Source of the DNA: Candidatus Micrarchaeota archaeon
GTDB lineage: Archaea > Micrarchaeota > Micrarchaeia > Norongarragalinales > UBA8480
Direction: 5' to 3'
Length of the DNA stretch: 24,000 nt
NCBI GenBank assembly: GCA_013425325.1
Contig: JACCLL010000099.1
Coordinates: 8,792-32,791 of the forward strand
Shown: positions 22,578 to 24,000 of the stretch, in pieces
Position numbering within the stretch: position 1 is the stretch's first letter
Layout of the letters: each line of letters starts with the position of its first letter
Made by a program: the position numbers and the translations under genes
The notes under the pieces: model-generated
Database searches by the model: none
What the model saw: the letters and a program-made list of their open reading frames with translations, nothing else
What the model was told of the DNA's origin: nothing

Positions 22578-22859
22578 TTGAAGAGATCACATGGCTATTA
22601 CGCGGGAAGAAGCCGCGGTCTTAAAATCCGCGGCAGGGTGCCGATCACAAGGCAGCTCGCCGAGTTTAATGAAGGCGAGACCGTGCGAATCCGGTTGGAC
22701 TCGCGCGTTAGGGGCGGCGGAATTTCTTTGCGTTACAACGGCAGGGTATGCAAGATAGTGGGCCGGCAGGGCAGGGCATACAAGATACTGCTTAAGGACA
22801 TCAACAAGCCCAAGCACTTCGTCGTGTCGGCAAGGCACTTGCAGAAGATTGAGGGTTGA
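22578..22859 (+). CDS. rpl21e: 50S ribosomal protein L21e
   Basis: KRSHGYYAGRSRGL...ITRQLAEFNEGETVRIRLD....RYNGRVCKIVGRQGRAYKI fits the L21e pattern. TTG start with GCAGGTG upstream. It is first in the conserved archaeal L21e-RpoF-DUF655 gene order. Confidence 0.8.
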   Translation: MKRSHGYYAGRSRGLKIRGRVPITRQLAEFNEGETVRIRLDSRVRGGGISLRYNGRVCKIVGRQGRAYKILLKDINKPKHFVVSARHLQKIEG

Positions 22860-22865
22860 TTTTGA

Positions 22866-23204
22866 ATGCAGGCAATTTCGGAAAAACCGGTGACGCTCGC
22901 AGAAGTAACCGAACTGCTCAAGAAAAGGCAGAAGGAACAGCGGGACGGAGCGCCGTTGAGCTACGAGCAACAGAATACTCTGGACTACGCCGAGAAGTTC
23001 GCCCACGTTTCAGTGAAGGACGCGGCCGCGCTGCGCAAGAAACTCGAGGCGCTCGGAGTACTGAACGAGAAGCAGATAGTAAAACTAATTGATGTACTGC
23101 CTTCGAAGGAAGAGGATGCGAAAACCATTCTTTTCCAGGGCGGCTTTTCAGTGGAAGCCGAGCAGCTCAAGCAGGTAGTCGTGTTGTGCAAGGAATACCG
23201 ATAG
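22866..23204 (+). CDS. rpoF: DNA-directed RNA polymerase subunit Rpo4 (RpoF, Rpb4 homologue)
   Basis: The ~112 aa length, VTLAEVTELLKKR....LSYEQQNTLDYAEKF...A..L...L......KQIVKLIDVLP and its position after rpl21e fit archaeal RpoF. Confidence 0.75.
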   Translation: MQAISEKPVTLAEVTELLKKRQKEQRDGAPLSYEQQNTLDYAEKFAHVSVKDAAALRKKLEALGVLNEKQIVKLIDVLPSKEEDAKTILFQGGFSVEAEQLKQVVVLCKEYR

Positions 23205-23262
23205 ACTTAATTAAAACGGCTTCCAAACTTTTTGAAGTTACTTGAACCCCGAGTGATGGCAA

Positions 23263-23832
23263 ATGATAAAACGCGAAGAATACGGTTTAGTCCTTGACTT
23301 TCTTCCACACGGCAAGTCCGGCGGCGCGTCAGGCGAGCCGACTGCGCAAGTAGTTGGAGAGACTTACTTTACCCTGCTTGAAATAACGCTGAAGCCGGAC
23401 GCAAAGGCGCAGGAGGGAGAACGGCTTTACTTGGGACGGGAACAGCGCGACAAAGTAGACCGGATAATCGGCCGCGTGGGCTTCAACGACTTGACGAACA
23501 GCGCGCAGAAATCATTGGTTCCCGTAGCCGGCAAAATAGTGAAGTCGCGCGAGCCTGACTTCGTGCAGTTCTTGAACCGCGCCGGGGCAATAAGCATCCG
23601 CAGCCACTCGCTCGAACTGCTTCCTTCAATCGGCAAAAAGCACTTGCAAAGCCTTCTCGACGCCCGCACTAAACAGCCGTTTGCCAGCTTCGAGGATATC
23701 CAGAACCGAGTACCGCACATCCGCAGCGTCGAGCAGATAGTCGTAGACCGCGTGCTTGAAGAACTGCGCGGCGGCTCCAAGTACTATTTGTTTACCAAGC
23801 CGGTGCGCGAGGAAGAAGAGCGCAGATTCTAA
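23263..23832 (+). CDS. DUF655-family protein (putative nucleic-acid-binding, HhH-containing)
   Basis: The N-terminus EEYGLVLDFLPHGK and the C-terminal HhH-like region (LELLPSIGKKHLQSLLDAR...FASFEDIQNRV) fit the family. It holds the canonical position downstream of rpoF. Confidence 0.7.
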   Translation: MIKREEYGLVLDFLPHGKSGGASGEPTAQVVGETYFTLLEITLKPDAKAQEGERLYLGREQRDKVDRIIGRVGFNDLTNSAQKSLVPVAGKIVKSREPDFVQFLNRAGAISIRSHSLELLPSIGKKHLQSLLDARTKQPFASFEDIQNRVPHIRSVEQIVVDRVLEELRGGSKYYLFTKPVREEEERRF

Positions 23833-24000
23833 ATGCTTCCCCTGGCGCACGTAGGCATTTCCTCTTTTTTCGCCAAGCACTTCAAGTCCTTCCACTTTCC
23901 CTTGGTTGCAACCGCTTTCTTCGCGCTGCTGCCCGACTTGGTCGACAAGCCGCTCTTCTTGCTCGGCCTTGCGCCGTCCAGCCGCTTCATCGCCCACACC
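23833..24000 (+). CDS. Membrane-bound metal-dependent hydrolase-like protein (YdjM/DUF457-like), 3'-truncated by the window end
   Basis: The ATG sits immediately after the upstream TAA and the frame stays open for 56 codons to the window edge. MLPLAHVGISSFF...ALLPDLVDKPLF...RFIAHT resembles the N-terminus of the DUF457 family (H....LPDlD...H). It is not in the supplied ORF track because it has no stop. Confidence 0.45.
   Translation, partial: MLPLAHVGISSFFAKHFKSFHFPLVATAFFALLPDLVDKPLFLLGLAPSSRFIAHT

Noticed and set aside
1-24000. CRISPR arrays, transposases, integrases, prophage genes, long inverted or direct repeats, and tRNA genes.
   Set aside because: Reading both strands revealed none. 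The only repeats seen are the short phased hexamers at 2284..2384 and the internal protein-module repeats of the surface protein. A computational repeat and tRNA scan would be needed to exclude small or degenerate elements.

Overview
Gene-dense archaeal chromosomal window. Archaeal markers are a histone, RNA polymerase subunits Rpo6/K and Rpo4/F, ribosomal protein L21e, the wyosine enzyme Taw1, geranylgeranyl reductase with its ferredoxin, a RecJ/GAN-like DHH nuclease, a KH-less beta-CASP RNase, archaeal DtdA and a 5S rRNA. I support about 33 protein-coding genes, one 5S rRNA gene on the minus strand with its own TATA box, several TATA or SD signals, one phased short-repeat array and one unassigned structured GC-rich intergenic island. 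By eye I found no CRISPR array, transposase, integrase or tRNA. Packing is very tight: three convergent gene pairs share overlapping stop codons, and many genes have an A/T-rich box about 25-28 nt upstream of the start codon, which suggests leaderless mRNAs. TTG and GTG starts are frequent. The most unusual item is a 99-codon stand-alone gene (21837..22136, minus) encoding exactly one TBP repeat, half of a TATA-binding protein, with the hallmark motifs intact, its own TATA box and SD, and an in-frame stop just upstream. Other items worth follow-up: a translationally coupled tandem pair of diverged SAMHD1/COG1078-like HD phosphohydrolases; an NFACT/RqcH-like protein truncated before the NFACT-R domain; a wyosine-modification neighbourhood (Taw1, D1-less Trm5/Taw2) enclosing an EgtD-like methyltransferase and a DUF63-like membrane protein; 11-bp phased CTCTTA repeats upstream of an Orc1/Cdc6-like AAA+ gene that sits next to histone and RecJ genes; and a 316-bp intergenic region with a nested rod-like RNA fold. 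Family assignments rest on motif recognition by eye, with no searches run. The streamlined features suggest a small-genome (DPANN-like) archaeon, but that is only inference.
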